A stretch of DNA of 64,000 nucleotides from Thermoplasmata archaeon (lineage in GTDB: Archaea; Thermoplasmatota; Thermoplasmata; Lutacidiplasmatales; UBA184), in NCBI GenBank assembly GCA_021802125.1, contig JAKAAX010000004.1, positions 4,560 to 68,559 on the forward strand, given 5' to 3'. Positions within the stretch are counted from its first letter, which is position 1; each line of letters opens with the position of its first letter. This document shows positions 1 through 9,384 of the stretch, one piece after another. The notes beneath the pieces were generated by a model that was not told the DNA's origin, ran no database searches, and saw nothing but the letters and a program-made list of their open reading frames with translations. The position numbers were made by a program, and so were the translations under genes.

Positions 1-168
1 TCCCGCCCCTCCTCCTTCCCGCATCCTCTCGCTGATCTCGGACGCCTGGTCCGTCTTCCGGTGCCTTTCGAACTGGCCCGGTCCGCTCCCGGGACCTGGG
101 GCCTTGACGGGAGATGACCCTCGGACCACCGCACCGTCTAATATCGCCGGACGATTGCAGCCCCCGCT

Positions 169-1086
169 ATGGTGGACCTTCCCGCCTTCGTGACCGGGAC
201 CGACCGGCTGAAGCGCGGCTTCGCGCGGATGCAGCAGGGCGGCGTGATCATGGACGTGACCACTCCCGAGCAGGCGGAGATCGCGGAGGAGGCTGGGGCG
301 GTGGCCGTCATGGCCCTGGAGCGGGTCCCCGCGGACATCCGGGCGGCCGGAGGGGTCGCAAGGATGGCCGATCCGGTCAAGGTCCGCAGCATCATGGACC
401 GGGTCTCGGTCCCGGTGATGGCCAAGTGCCGTATCGGTCACACGGCGGAGGCGCGGGTGCTCGAGTCCCTCGGCGTCGACATGGTCGACGAGTCCGAGGT
501 CCTGACCCCCGCGGACCCTTTCCACCACGTCGACAAGCGCGCGTTCAGCGTGCCGTTCGTGTGCGGGGCGCGCAACCTCGGCGAGGCGCTGCGCCGCATC
601 CACGAAGGGGCGGCGATGATGCGGACGAAGGGGGAGGCCGGCACCGGGAACGTCGTCGAGGCGGTCCGGCACATCCGTCAGATCACGGACGAGACCGCGA
701 CCCTCCAGTCCATGAACACCGACCAGCTCCTCCAGTATGCCGAGAAGGAGCGGGTCCCGGTCGAGCTCGTGCGCGAGGTCCGGACGCTGAAGCGGCTGCC
801 CGTCGTGAACTTCGCGGCGGGAGGGATCGCGACCCCGGCGGACGCGGCGCTCTGCCGCATGCTGGGCGTCGACGGGATCTTCGTCGGCAGCGGGATATTC
901 AAGGCCCAGGACCCGGGGAAGACGGCCCGGGCGATCGTCGAGGCCTCGCTCCACTACGACGACCCGGAGCTCCTCGCCCGCGTGAGCGGAGGCTTGGGCG
1001 AGCCGATGAAGGGCGTGGAAATCTCGACGCTCGCCCCGGCGGCCCTGCTCCAGGCCCGGGAGAGCGTCCTACGCCCCACACCATAG
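169..1086 (+). CDS. pdxS: Pyridoxal 5'-phosphate synthase lyase subunit PdxS
   Basis: [53 protein letters not shown] and [13 protein letters not shown] motifs. Confidence 0.97.
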   Translation: MVDLPAFVTGTDRLKRGFARMQQGGVIMDVTTPEQAEIAEEAGAVAVMALERVPADIRAAGGVARMADPVKVRSIMDRVSVPVMAKCRIGHTAEARVLESLGVDMVDESEVLTPADPFHHVDKRAFSVPFVCGARNLGEALRRIHEGAAMMRTKGEAGTGNVVEAVRHIRQITDETATLQSMNTDQLLQYAEKERVPVELVREVRTLKRLPVVNFAAGGIATPADAALCRMLGVDGIFVGSGIFKAQDPGKTARAIVEASLHYDDPELLARVSGGLGEPMKGVEISTLAPAALLQARESVLRPTP

Positions 1087-1153
1087 GGACGGTCCTTCGG
1101 GTCGGGGGCGTTCCCCAGGACCCGGTGCCGGGGTCCTACGGAGCTCGCAGGAC

Positions 1154-2290
1154 GTGAAGATCCTCCAGGTCTGCCCGTTCTACGCCCCCCACGTCGGCGG
1201 GGTCGAGACGCACGTGGAGATGGTCTCGAACGAGCTCGTACGGCGCGGCCACGAGGTGACGGTCCTCACCTCCGCCCACCGGAAGGACCTGCCGAGGGTG
1301 GAGAGGACGTCCACCGGGGTCGTGGTCCGCCGCGTCCACTCCTACGGGGAGGTCTTCCGCACGCCGCTCGCGATCCGGACCGGGCGCGCCGTCCGGGAGC
1401 TCGAGCCGCGGCCGGAGGTCGTCCACATGCACTATCCTCCCCCGGTCACCTCCTACCTCGCGGCGCGGGCCCTCCGCCGCATGCCCGTTCCGGTCTGCGT
1501 GACCTACCACTGCGACCTGTTCATGGACGGGTGGGTCGGCAAGGCCATGACCGCGGCCTACGAGCGGATCTTCCTTCCGACCACGCTCGACGTGGCCGAG
1601 CGCGTCATCGTCCATGCGGCGAGCTACGCGAGGACCTCCCGGGCCCTCCAGGGGAGGGCGATCGAGGTGATCCCTTCGCTCGTGGACACCGACCGCTTCC
1701 AGCCCCGGGGTGACGACCCAGCCTTGAGGGCCGAGCTTCGGGCGCAGGGCCAGCACGTGGTGCTCTTCGTCGGACGCCTCGTTCCGCACAAAGGGGTGGA
1801 GGACCTCGTGCTCGCCGTCTCCGAGCTCCCTCGCGACGCCCTGCTCGTCGTTGCGGGCGAGGGTCCGAGCCGACACGCCCTGGAGGACCTCGCCCGGAGC
1901 CGAGGGGTGGACCAGCGCGTCCGGTTCGTGGGCGCCGTGAGCGACGAGGACCTGCCTCGGTACCATGCGGTGGCCTCCGTGGTCGCCCTTCCCTCGCAGA
2001 ACCGGCTCGAGGGCTTCGGGCTGGCGATTGTTGAGGCGATGGCCTCGGGTCGGCCGGTCATCGTCGCCGACCTGCCGGGGGTCCGCGAGGTGATCGAGGA
2101 CGGCGTCGACGGCCTGCTCGCCGAGCCGCTGCTCGCCGAGGACCTTGCGCGGAAGTGCACCTCGCTCCTCTCCGACCCCGCACGACGCGAGGCGATGGGA
2201 GCGAAGGCCCGGGAGAGCGCGCTCACGAAGTACCGGGTCCCGGTGGTCGTCGACCAGCTCGAGCGGCTCTACAAGGGCCTGGCCGCGTAG
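1154..2290 (+). CDS. Glycosyltransferase family 4 (GT-B)
   Basis: MKIL..PFYAPHVGGVE N-terminus, FVGRLVPHKG, EGFGLAIVEAMASGRPVI. Confidence 0.93.
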   Translation: MKILQVCPFYAPHVGGVETHVEMVSNELVRRGHEVTVLTSAHRKDLPRVERTSTGVVVRRVHSYGEVFRTPLAIRTGRAVRELEPRPEVVHMHYPPPVTSYLAARALRRMPVPVCVTYHCDLFMDGWVGKAMTAAYERIFLPTTLDVAERVIVHAASYARTSRALQGRAIEVIPSLVDTDRFQPRGDDPALRAELRAQGQHVVLFVGRLVPHKGVEDLVLAVSELPRDALLVVAGEGPSRHALEDLARSRGVDQRVRFVGAVSDEDLPRYHAVASVVALPSQNRLEGFGLAIVEAMASGRPVIVADLPGVREVIEDGVDGLLAEPLLAEDLARKCTSLLSDPARREAMGAKARESALTKYRVPVVVDQLERLYKGLAA

Positions 2291-2423
2291 ACGTCCCGTG
2301 GGGGCGCGTGGGCCCTCTGAGTCGGGAGCCACTCTCGAGAGGACCTGGGGACATCGAGCGCTGCAGCGCGAGATCCGGGGGCCCTGGCGCCCCGCCGCTG
2401 GTGGTCGTCCTCAGGAACGCAGG

Positions 2424-3251
2424 TCAGGCTGGACCGAGCGCCATCCCTCGGGACAGCCGGACCGCCTCGGCCCGAGCGGCCTCCTTCCAATCGTCGCCGC
2501 TGGACGCGAAGAGGATCCCCCGGGAGCTGCTGATGAGCAGCGCACCGGACCCCGCGCCCTTCCCGTTCCGCATGGCTGCCCCCAGGTCACCCCCTTGGCT
2601 GCCCACCCCGGGGATGAGGAGAGGGACGTTTCCTCCCAGCAGCGTCCGCGCCCGGCCGAGGGCCTCCGGGAACGTCGCGCCCACGACCGCCCCAAGGTTT
2701 CCCGGACCCGAGCGGTCCCGGATCCCCTGGAGGATCGACTCCCACAACGGGTTGCCGTCGATCGACCTTTCCTGGATGTCCCTCGCTCCCGCGTTCGAGG
2801 TGTGCGCGAGGACAAAGACCCCCTTCGAGGGGTCCGTGGCGGCGGCCTCCACGCTCTCCCAGCCGAGGTACGGGGAGACGGTCATGGCGTCGAACCCCAT
2901 CTGGTCGAAGACGGCCCTGGCGTAGAGCGACATGGTGTTCGGGATGTCCCCCGCCTTCAGGTCGAGAATCCGGAGGTGACCCTCCCCGATGCGCCGAACG
3001 AGCGCCGGGAGGAGGGCCATCCCCGCAGGGCCGAAGGAGAGGAAGGAGGCCATCTGGAGCTTGTAGGCGCAGGCCACCGGGCGGGTGGCCTCGACGATGC
3101 CCTCGAGGAAGGTCTCGAGCGCCTTTCCAGGCTCCATGCCGCGCAGAGCGGTCGGGAACTTCGTCGCGTCGGGGTCCAGTCCGACGCACAGGCAGTTCTT
3201 GCGTTCGCCGAGCACCCGGTCCAGACGTTCGGCGAAGCTCCCTCGGGTCAT
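2424..3251 (-). CDS. pyrF: Orotidine-5'-phosphate decarboxylase
   Basis: C-terminal part of the 2424..4775 ORF from ATG 3251; LCVGLDP, ILDLKAGDIPNT, TVSPYLG, GAVVGAT, LIPGVGSQGG, SSSRGI. Confidence 0.93.
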   Translation of the reverse strand: MTRGSFAERLDRVLGERKNCLCVGLDPDATKFPTALRGMEPGKALETFLEGIVEATRPVACAYKLQMASFLSFGPAGMALLPALVRRIGEGHLRILDLKAGDIPNTMSLYARAVFDQMGFDAMTVSPYLGWESVEAAATDPSKGVFVLAHTSNAGARDIQERSIDGNPLWESILQGIRDRSGPGNLGAVVGATFPEALGRARTLLGGNVPLLIPGVGSQGGDLGAAMRNGKGAGSGALLISSSRGILFASSGDDWKEAARAEAVRLSRGMALGPA

Positions 3252-3401
3252 GATGACGGGCCCCCTCGTCGGCGTGAGAGGAGCATCCACATAGAGCCTG
3301 TCCGTCCCCTCCCAACGAGCACCTCGCGCACGGTTTCGTCCACCCCCCCGGCTTTTTCTCCGTACCTCCGCCTCGAGGACGTTGCGGAGGCATGCTGGAC
3401 G

Positions 3402-4808
3402 ATGGAGAACGAGATGGGACCCTACGCCGAGGAGCCCGTCGGTGTGACGGGGGAGAGGGTGGGCCGACATGGGCTCGCGAAGGAGACCGAGAACTACGGC
3501 GCCCACCCCCGGGTAAGCCCTGAGGTCGGTCGGAGCGGGCCCCCGCGGAGCCACGCGGCACGGGCGCCAGGATCGGCCGAGGCCGGTGCGCCCCGTGCGG
3601 ACCCCACCCCTGCGACCTCCCCGGGCGCATCCATGGAGGGTTCCCCCACGATCGAGGAGCGGAGGCTGCGGGACATCCAGGAGGGATCGACCCCCATCCG
3701 TTGCACCGCCCGTGTCCTTTCCGCCGAGCTTCGGGAGGTCCCGAAGAAGGACGGGTCCGGCCGGGTGAAGGTCCTGTCCGGCCTCCTCTCGGACGGCTCG
3801 GCCACGATGCGCTTCAGCTGGTGGGACCCCCCGACTGCCGCGGAGATCGAGCGCGGGACCGTGCTGCGCGTGACGAACCCGCGGGTGCGAAGCTGGAACG
3901 ACCGGCGGGAGCTCAGCTTCGGATGGAAGACCCAGGTCGAGCTCGCGAGCGAGATGGAGCTCCCGCGGCTCGAGGACCACGAGTTCATCACGAGGACCGT
4001 GGCCGACCTTCGGCCCGGTGACGAGGGGCTTCACCTCCTGGTCCGGGTGCTCTTCTCCGAGCCTCGACGTCTGCGAGTGGGCGAGCGCGAACGCGCGATA
4101 CGCTCCGGGCTCCTCGCCGACACCTCCGGCCGCGTCCCGTTCACGGCCTGGACCGATCTCGACCTTCCGGCCGGTGCGGTCGTCGAGCTCTTCGGGGCGT
4201 ACGTGCGGAGCTACCAGGGCGAGCTCCAGGTGTCCCTCGACGAGCGGACCCGGGTGGAGCGGCGGGAGGACAGCGCGCTCGGCCAAGTCACCGGACCCGA
4301 GGGGGACCTTCCCGCCGAGATCGGGCTTCTCGAAGAGCGGGCTCACGGGGGACGGCAGGTCATCGAGGGTGTGGTCGTGGAGGTCCGCTCGCCGAGCGGT
4401 CTGGTCTACCGGTGCCCCGAGTGCTCCCGCAGCCTCGCCAAGGGGATCTGCCGCGAGCACGGAACGGTCCGGGGGGAGCCGGACCTCCGGGCGCGCCTCG
4501 TGCTGGACGACGGGACGGGAACCTTGACGGCCCAGGTCCCGCGCCCGATGGTCGAAGAGCTCCTGGGCATGGACCTGGGGAAGGCCCTCGAGATGGCCCG
4601 AGAGAAGTTGGACGCCGGCGCGGTCCAGGAGCTTCTCGTCGAGCGGGTCGTAGGTCGGAGGGTGCGCCTGATGGGCCGCCCGGTGCCCGGAGAGTGGGGG
4701 CTGACGTTCTTCGTCGACCGGACGCTCCCCGTCCCCGCCTGGGCGGAACGCGAGGCTCAGCGGCTGCTCGACCACCCTGAGGCCGCGCTGCGGGAGGACC
4801 CCGCATGA
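3402..4808 (+). CDS. Replication protein A-like ssDNA-binding protein (multiple OB folds + Zn finger); start uncertain (3402 or 3633)
   Basis: Repeated OB motifs (SGLLSDGSATMRFSWW, SGLLADTSGRVPFTAW), CPEC..CREH Zn finger, DLRARLVLDDGTG. Confidence 0.85.
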   Translation: MENEMGPYAEEPVGVTGERVGRHGLAKETENYGAHPRVSPEVGRSGPPRSHAARAPGSAEAGAPRADPTPATSPGASMEGSPTIEERRLRDIQEGSTPIRCTARVLSAELREVPKKDGSGRVKVLSGLLSDGSATMRFSWWDPPTAAEIERGTVLRVTNPRVRSWNDRRELSFGWKTQVELASEMELPRLEDHEFITRTVADLRPGDEGLHLLVRVLFSEPRRLRVGERERAIRSGLLADTSGRVPFTAWTDLDLPAGAVVELFGAYVRSYQGELQVSLDERTRVERREDSALGQVTGPEGDLPAEIGLLEERAHGGRQVIEGVVVEVRSPSGLVYRCPECSRSLAKGICREHGTVRGEPDLRARLVLDDGTGTLTAQVPRPMVEELLGMDLGKALEMAREKLDAGAVQELLVERVVGRRVRLMGRPVPGEWGLTFFVDRTLPVPAWAEREAQRLLDHPEAALREDPA

Positions 4809-5542
4809 CTTCTATGCAGCCATCCTCGGGAGGCCCGAACGCGCCTGCGGGTGGAACTGCGGAGACGCGGCCCGATGGAGGGCGCCCGGGCGACGGTCGC
4901 CCGACTCGCCCCCGTGAGGTCGCCTGGCGGATCTTTGCCCACGAGCTCACCTCGTCCTCCCTGCAGGAGCGCGGGGAAGGAGAGAAGGCGACGACCCATG
5001 TCCTGACCCCGTTGGGTGCCCGGGTGGGCCGACTGCTGATGGTCGGTTCCCTCGGCCAGATCGAGCGCGTGGGAGAAGGGCCCATCCCGCTCTGGCGCAG
5101 TCGTCTCAGCGACCCCACGGGCGGGGTCTCCGTCACCGCCGGCTCCTACCACCCCCGTGCGGCCGCGTTCCTCGCGCAGGCGAAGGCGCCGGTGCGGGCG
5201 GTCGTGGTCGGCAAGCCTCACCTCTTCGTCGGGCGGGAAGGGGTCCCGGTCGTCTCCGTTCGCGCGGAGGTCATCGCCCCCGTCGGTCCGCTGGAGGAAC
5301 GGGCCTGGGTGGTGGAGACCGCCCGCGAGACCCTTCGGCGCATCGCCCTCTCCGTGGAGCTTGCGTCGCGGTCCTCCGAAGGCGCCACCCTCGACCCCGC
5401 GCGTCCCCTCCCGGGATTCCCACGTCGGCTCGTGGCCTCGGCGGTTGCGGTCCGGGGGCGTTACCCGGCCCCGGAACCCGAGAGGTTCCGAGCTCCGGTC
5501 CTGACGGCCTTGCGGGCTGTCGTGTCGTCCGCCGCCTCGTAG
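4805..5542 (+). CDS. RPA-associated OB-fold protein (RPA small-subunit/RPAP-like)
   Basis: REVAWRIFAHEL, LTPLGARVGRLLMVG, LSDPTG, VVVGKP; ATGA overlap with the RPA gene. Confidence 0.8.
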   Translation: MTSMQPSSGGPNAPAGGTAETRPDGGRPGDGRPTRPREVAWRIFAHELTSSSLQERGEGEKATTHVLTPLGARVGRLLMVGSLGQIERVGEGPIPLWRSRLSDPTGGVSVTAGSYHPRAAAFLAQAKAPVRAVVVGKPHLFVGREGVPVVSVRAEVIAPVGPLEERAWVVETARETLRRIALSVELASRSSEGATLDPARPLPGFPRRLVASAVAVRGRYPAPEPERFRAPVLTALRAVVSSAAS

Positions 5543-5654
5543 GGGACGTCCGGACCCGCTCCGACCGGGACCGGGGGCACGGGACGGAGCGTTGGCGATC
5601 CCCTGAGGGGGGTCACCGGCGAAGCTATCCCCCTGTGCATCGTCTCGGTCGTCC

Positions 5655-8255
5655 GTGGAAGCCCTTGCGGCGGGCGGTCCGCGAGGTCCGGAGGCCTGCC
5701 CCGGCCGTCCGGAGGCCTCCCGTCAGCTCTACGAGGCGATCGGCCGCGCCCGGGAGGGACGCGGATCGACATGGCTCCTGACCGGTGCACCGGGGATAGG
5801 CAAGTCGTTCTTCCTCGACTGGGTCGCCAAGGAGGCCGCCGGAGCCGGCTTCGGTGTGCTGCGGTGCGGTTTCCCCGACCGGGCGGCGCCTCCGCTCGCA
5901 CCCCTCACCAAGGCGCTCGACGGTCTCGTGGACGGCGGCGGGGATCGGCCCCACGGCCCCCGCGCCCCTACGCCCCCCGCGCTGACGATCCTCTCGCACA
6001 TCCGCGCGCTCATTCGAGCGACCGCGGAGCGCCCGGTCGCCCTCCTCCTCGACGATGCGCACCGTGCGGACCCCGAGTCGGTCATCGCCTTCCAGCTCTT
6101 CTCCCGGGCGTTCGGTGGGCTGCGCGGGATCATGGTCGGCACCCTCGCGGACCGCACCGTCGAGGACGGCCCGGAAGGGGGACCTCTCTGGGAACGGACC
6201 CTGGAGCTCCTGAGCGACGAGGGGACGATCCGCAGGCTCCCGCTCGAGGGATTGGACGGGCCGGCATGTCGTGGGGTCATCGAGGATGCGGCGGGAGGGG
6301 AGCTCTCCGGCCCGGAAGGCGACGAGCTCGTGGAGGGGCTCGTCGCCCGCACCGGCGGCAACCCGCTCTTCCTGAGGGAGATTGTGACGTTGCTCAAGGA
6401 CCAGCATCAGCTCCTGGTGGAGGGGGGAAAGCTGCGGCTCTCCCCGGTCCCGTTCGTCGAGGGTGGGAGCCCTATCGGAGGCGGATGGGGCAGGTTCCCC
6501 CTCCCCCCGACGCTGCGTCGTCTCGTCCTCTCACGTCTGGACCATGTCCTTCCCGCGGACCTGCTGCTGCTCCAGACCGCGGCTCTGATCGGGGGACCCT
6601 TCGACCTGCTCCCGCTGGTCGGCGTACTCTCCAGGACCCTGCGGGACGTCCGCGCGACCTGCCGAGACCTGGAACGCCTGGGTCTCGTTCGCCCCTGCGG
6701 GGGCACGGAAACGACGGCGGCGGGGGCGGGCGAAGCCGGCGAGGAGGCCTGGGAGTTCTCGCACGACCTGGTCTGGGAGGTGGTCCTACGGGACGCCTCC
6801 AACTCGGACCTGCGAACCACGTCGCGGAAGCTGGCGGGATGGTGGAGCGCGAACCGCCCCGAGGAGGTGGAGACCATCGCCCGCCTTTTCCACGACGCAC
6901 AGGAGCCCCTCGAGGGTCTTGCGCACGTCCGGGAGGCCATCGATCGCGCGCTTCGCAGCGAAGCGACGGCGGCGGCGGAGACGTACTTCCGGTGGTACTT
7001 CGACCTGCTCGCCCTCGTGGGGGACCGACATGGGGAACTCCCCCGAGAGGCCCTCGGGCTCGTGGACGGACTGCTCGTGCGCCGTCTGCGCCGTGAGACT
7101 CTGGCGGTGCTCGAGGAGCTGGAGAGGGCCTACCCGTCCGAAGAGATGCATTGGGAGGTGGGCTGGCGGCAGGTCCACGTGCTGGTCTCCTTCGACCTGA
7201 CGCAGGCGGAACGGAAGCTCGACGAGCTCTCCCGAGAGCTCGAGACCGTCACGAACGACCGTCGAGGGGTGCGACCGGCCCAGCTGGCCTTCGTTCGATG
7301 CGAGGTGCTGGGGGCCCGGCTGCGGTGGCCGGAGTCCATCGCGGCGGGGATCGAGTCGCTCGCGTTGTGGGGGGATCTCAGTTCCGCCTGGGAGAAGGGC
7401 CGCACGTTGTACGAGGTCGGATGGGCCCAGCTGATGCTCGGCCGCCTGCCGGCCGCCCGGGAGTTCTTGGAGGAGCTGAGGGCCTTGACCCTGCGCACCG
7501 AGGCCCCGGCTCTGATGGCCACGAGCCTCGTCTTTGAAGGGACCCTCTCGCTGATGGAGGGGAACCTGCGGGCCGCGTCGCGGGCCTACGAGGAGGCCAG
7601 CACCCGTCTTCTCGAGCTGGGCGCAATGGAGGGGTACGGCATCGCGAAGAACAACCTCGCCGAGGTCCTGGTCCACCAGGGGAAGCTGGAGGAGGCCCGA
7701 GCGGCGCTCGCGGAGGCCGAGCTGGTGGGCGGCCGCTTTGGCTACCCTCGAGTGGTCCAGGGATGCGCCCTGAAGTGGGCGTGGCTGGATGCTTTCGAGG
7801 GCCGCTGGGCCGACGCGCTCCTTGCCCTCGAGGACGCCCAGAAAGGCGCGCGCGACGGGGACTTCGATGAGGAGCTCCTCGAATCCCAGCTCCTCCACGC
7901 GTGGGCCGTCGGTTGCGCCGGGGCCCCCGAGGTCGGGCTCCGGGAGCTTGAGACCGTCCGGAAGGCGTCGGAGAAGCTCCAACCCCACGTTCGCCCCTGC
8001 CTCTTCCGGGTCGAGGGTGAGCTACTAGAGCTCGCGGGCCGCCCAGGTGCCCGAGAAGCGCTGGAGCGTTCGCTCGAGTCCGCGCGACGTTTCTCCGGTC
8101 CCGAGGGACAGGCCGGTGCGCTCCGTTCGATCGCACGCTGGGAGCGGCGGCACGGGGGCATCCAGGCCGCGGAAAAAGCGGAAGCCGAGGCCTCGCGGAT
8201 CCTGGGTGGGACGGGCGGGGAGGGCGGGGGAAGGCCCCCCCTGCCTCACGGATGA
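5655..8255 (+). CDS. STAND-like P-loop ATPase (AAA_16 type) with C-terminal TPR-like helical repeats
   Basis: Walker A GAPGIGKS, Walker B LLLDDAHRAD, RTGGNPLFLRE, FSHDLVWE, TPR-like NNLAEVLVHQGKLEEA. Confidence 0.8.
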   Translation: MEALAAGGPRGPEACPGRPEASRQLYEAIGRAREGRGSTWLLTGAPGIGKSFFLDWVAKEAAGAGFGVLRCGFPDRAAPPLAPLTKALDGLVDGGGDRPHGPRAPTPPALTILSHIRALIRATAERPVALLLDDAHRADPESVIAFQLFSRAFGGLRGIMVGTLADRTVEDGPEGGPLWERTLELLSDEGTIRRLPLEGLDGPACRGVIEDAAGGELSGPEGDELVEGLVARTGGNPLFLREIVTLLKDQHQLLVEGGKLRLSPVPFVEGGSPIGGGWGRFPLPPTLRRLVLSRLDHVLPADLLLLQTAALIGGPFDLLPLVGVLSRTLRDVRATCRDLERLGLVRPCGGTETTAAGAGEAGEEAWEFSHDLVWEVVLRDASNSDLRTTSRKLAGWWSANRPEEVETIARLFHDAQEPLEGLAHVREAIDRALRSEATAAAETYFRWYFDLLALVGDRHGELPREALGLVDGLLVRRLRRETLAVLEELERAYPSEEMHWEVGWRQVHVLVSFDLTQAERKLDELSRELETVTNDRRGVRPAQLAFVRCEVLGARLRWPESIAAGIESLALWGDLSSAWEKGRTLYEVGWAQLMLGRLPAAREFLEELRALTLRTEAPALMATSLVFEGTLSLMEGNLRAASRAYEEASTRLLELGAMEGYGIAKNNLAEVLVHQGKLEEARAALAEAELVGGRFGYPRVVQGCALKWAWLDAFEGRWADALLALEDAQKGARDGDFDEELLESQLLHAWAVGCAGAPEVGLRELETVRKASEKLQPHVRPCLFRVEGELLELAGRPGAREALERSLESARRFSGPEGQAGALRSIARWERRHGGIQAAEKAEAEASRILGGTGGEGGGRPPLPHG

Positions 8256-8396
8256 GGCTCCCCGGACTCGGCGCCTCGATTCGTAGTATTTATACCCCCT
8301 TCTGTTTGCGCGGCCTCGGGGATGATGAGCACCTGTCTCGCCGATCTGGTGAAGAGACCTGCGACGTTCTGACCCAGGGCACTACACACTGCGTAC

Positions 8397-9311
8397 ATGG
8401 CCGAACGACCTGAGAAATTCCCCTGGCTGGGGTTCATCGTACTCGCCGTCATTCTCGTGGCCTCCGCCGGAGGCGGATACTACGCGATCACCCAGACGGT
8501 GCTCAAGCCCAAGCCGGCGCCCAGCGTCCTGATCGTGTCGGAGGGGGACAACGTCACAGTGAACTACGTCGGGATATTCGGCAGTGGCATCGACAAGGGG
8601 AAGGTCTTCGACACCTCCCTGCTCTCCGTCGCACGCGACAACGCCAGCTGGCCGAAGGCGTTGAGCTTCGGCTTCCGGGGCGCGAGCGGGTACACGCCGC
8701 TCAAGGCCCACGTGGGCCCGCAGTCGTTCGGCTCCTACACCAGCCTCATAACCGGGTTCTGGACCGCGATGGTCGGTCTCCCCGGGAACCAGACGATCAC
8801 CACGGTCATCCCCCCCGGCCAGGGGTACGGGTTTGCCGATCCCGCGAAGATCATGACCTTCCCGATGAAGCAGACCGTCCCGATGCTCTACACCTACACC
8901 CCAGCGCAGTTCGCCTCCACCTACTCGGGGATCCCCGCGCAGCCCCTCGAGACGTTCCTCGACCCGCATTGGGGCTGGAACGACACGATCCTTTCCGTGA
9001 ACTCCACGGCCGTGGTTCTCGAGTACACTCCGAACGTGGGGGAGCACATCAGCCCCCTGGGATGGACGGACGTCGTGACCGGGGTCAGCAACACGGTGAG
9101 CCCGACGGGCTTGATCACCTTCGTCAACGACCTCGTCCCGCTCGACGTGGGACAGGTCCAGGGCGTGGACTGGCAGCAGGGTGGCGGGCAGTTCTACCTC
9201 ACGAACGTCAACCCGACGGCGGGCACCTACACCCTCGACTTCAACACCGAGGTCACCGGCAACACCCTGATCTTCGAGATCACGGTCGTCGACATCCTGC
9301 CCCCGGCCTGA
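8397..9311 (+). CDS. Membrane-anchored FKBP-type peptidyl-prolyl isomerase-like protein
   Basis: N-terminal TM; GDNVTVNYVG, GKVFDTS, LITGF..AMVGL, IPPGQGYG, DFN..TGNTLIFEITVVDI. Confidence 0.8.
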   Translation: MAERPEKFPWLGFIVLAVILVASAGGGYYAITQTVLKPKPAPSVLIVSEGDNVTVNYVGIFGSGIDKGKVFDTSLLSVARDNASWPKALSFGFRGASGYTPLKAHVGPQSFGSYTSLITGFWTAMVGLPGNQTITTVIPPGQGYGFADPAKIMTFPMKQTVPMLYTYTPAQFASTYSGIPAQPLETFLDPHWGWNDTILSVNSTAVVLEYTPNVGEHISPLGWTDVVTGVSNTVSPTGLITFVNDLVPLDVGQVQGVDWQQGGGQFYLTNVNPTAGTYTLDFNTEVTGNTLIFEITVVDILPPA

Positions 9312-9384
9312 GCCCGGTCGCGGACTCCTTGTCCGCACTCGCCCTCTCTCAACCCAGGGCTCCTCGATGGAGCGCCCTTTCACC

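Noticed and set aside
2145-4775. Apparent long overlapping 887-aa and 783-aa ORFs
   Set aside because: Each is a real gene (RPA or pyrF) extended by an open antisense frame of the other; the genes are simply divergent
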